NCBI GenBank assembly: GCA_030704615.1 | Contig: CM060733.1 | Coordinates: 4,650,001 to 4,714,000 of the forward strand | Length of the DNA stretch: 64,000 nucleotides | DNA from: Takakia lepidozioides | Lineage: Eukaryota; Plantae; Bryophyta | Reading direction: 5' to 3' | Shown here: piece after piece, positions 63,336 through 64,000 of the stretch | How positions within the stretch are numbered: position 1 is the first letter of the stretch | Layout of the letters: each line of letters begins with the position of its first letter | The notes under the pieces: generated by a model | The model's input: only the letters and a program-made list of their open reading frames with translations | The model's database searches: none | What the model was told of the DNA's origin: nothing | Program-made: the position numbers and the translations under genes

Positions 63336-64000
63336 GCTTTCTACAATGCCTTCAAAAAATTAATGTTTTATCATATGTTTGTGGGCCCAACAGACTGGCT
63401 TGCCCCCGCATGCTCAGTTGAGCAAATTGAGCCCGACGGGTAGGGGGTGCCCCATCCGTCGCGACCCCCTCTCCCACATGCGAGCCCCGCCGCAACCACA
63501 CGTGCCCGCATTGAAGACACTAATATCAAACAATAAGAAGCTTACAAAAGTGTGTAATTATAAGATACTCAAAAAATACCCATTTATTTTACGTGTCATA
63601 TAGAAGTGATAGAGAGTGACTTCCCTAGGCATGGATGCCGCTCCTCTCAGCAGGTCGCTGCCATGGTTGCAAAAACACAAGCTCCTAGACGGTCGAAATT
63701 CGTTTACTTCCGCATGTCGTGAACATGTGCGACTGCATCCTCCACCAAATTGGTGGTAATGTTTGGAATTTTGTGGCGGCCGGTGGCTTAAGTGCCATGC
63801 AGGGTGACCGTTGGGGTGCAGCTTCGAGCAATTTTAGCGATGGCATCTGCATCTTGTCGTGACCGCTGGACATGCTATTAAGGACCTTGACAGTGGTGGC
63901 CAATTCTGCATCATATCGAGCGATACTATGAATCACAAATATAAGGCAACATATACATTTTTTATCACATCAAGTGCTACGATTGGTACAGCTATGCAAC

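Noticed and set aside
61797-64000. hAT-like transposase fragments and telomere-like TTTAGGG motifs
   Set aside because: Only a weak WW motif and isolated heptamers; insufficient support.

Overview
Eukaryotic nuclear DNA from a seed-free land plant, probably a moss or other bryophyte (inferred from a plastid sigma factor plus an intraflagellar-transport dynein-2 subunit). Host genes: CDKG kinase (1-1985, minus, runs off the left edge), DYNC2LI1/D1bLIC (48670-53977, plus) with a truncated upstream duplicate, and a 9-exon plastid sigma-70 factor (55007-60903, minus). About 2.4-47 kb is a nest of transposable elements. Main finding: a 9.9-kb Mutator-like element (34227-44113, 9-bp TSD GGAATTTGG). 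It encodes a GCM-like/MULE-DDE/SWIM transposase and, divergently, a 9-exon gene fusing a ParB/Srx-like domain to a beta-class N6A/N4C DNA methyltransferase. Between the two genes lies an array of 34-bp palindromes whose 4-nt loop switches between CCAA and its reverse complement TTGG. This element sits in the 3' region of a composite gypsy retrotransposon whose Pol carries a DNMT3-like C5 methyltransferase between protease and RT. A second gypsy family carries a dUTPase at the same position and appears to have inserted as a circularly permuted, LTR-less fragment. Most element ORFs carry stops or frameshifts. All domain calls come from motif reading by eye; no searches were run.
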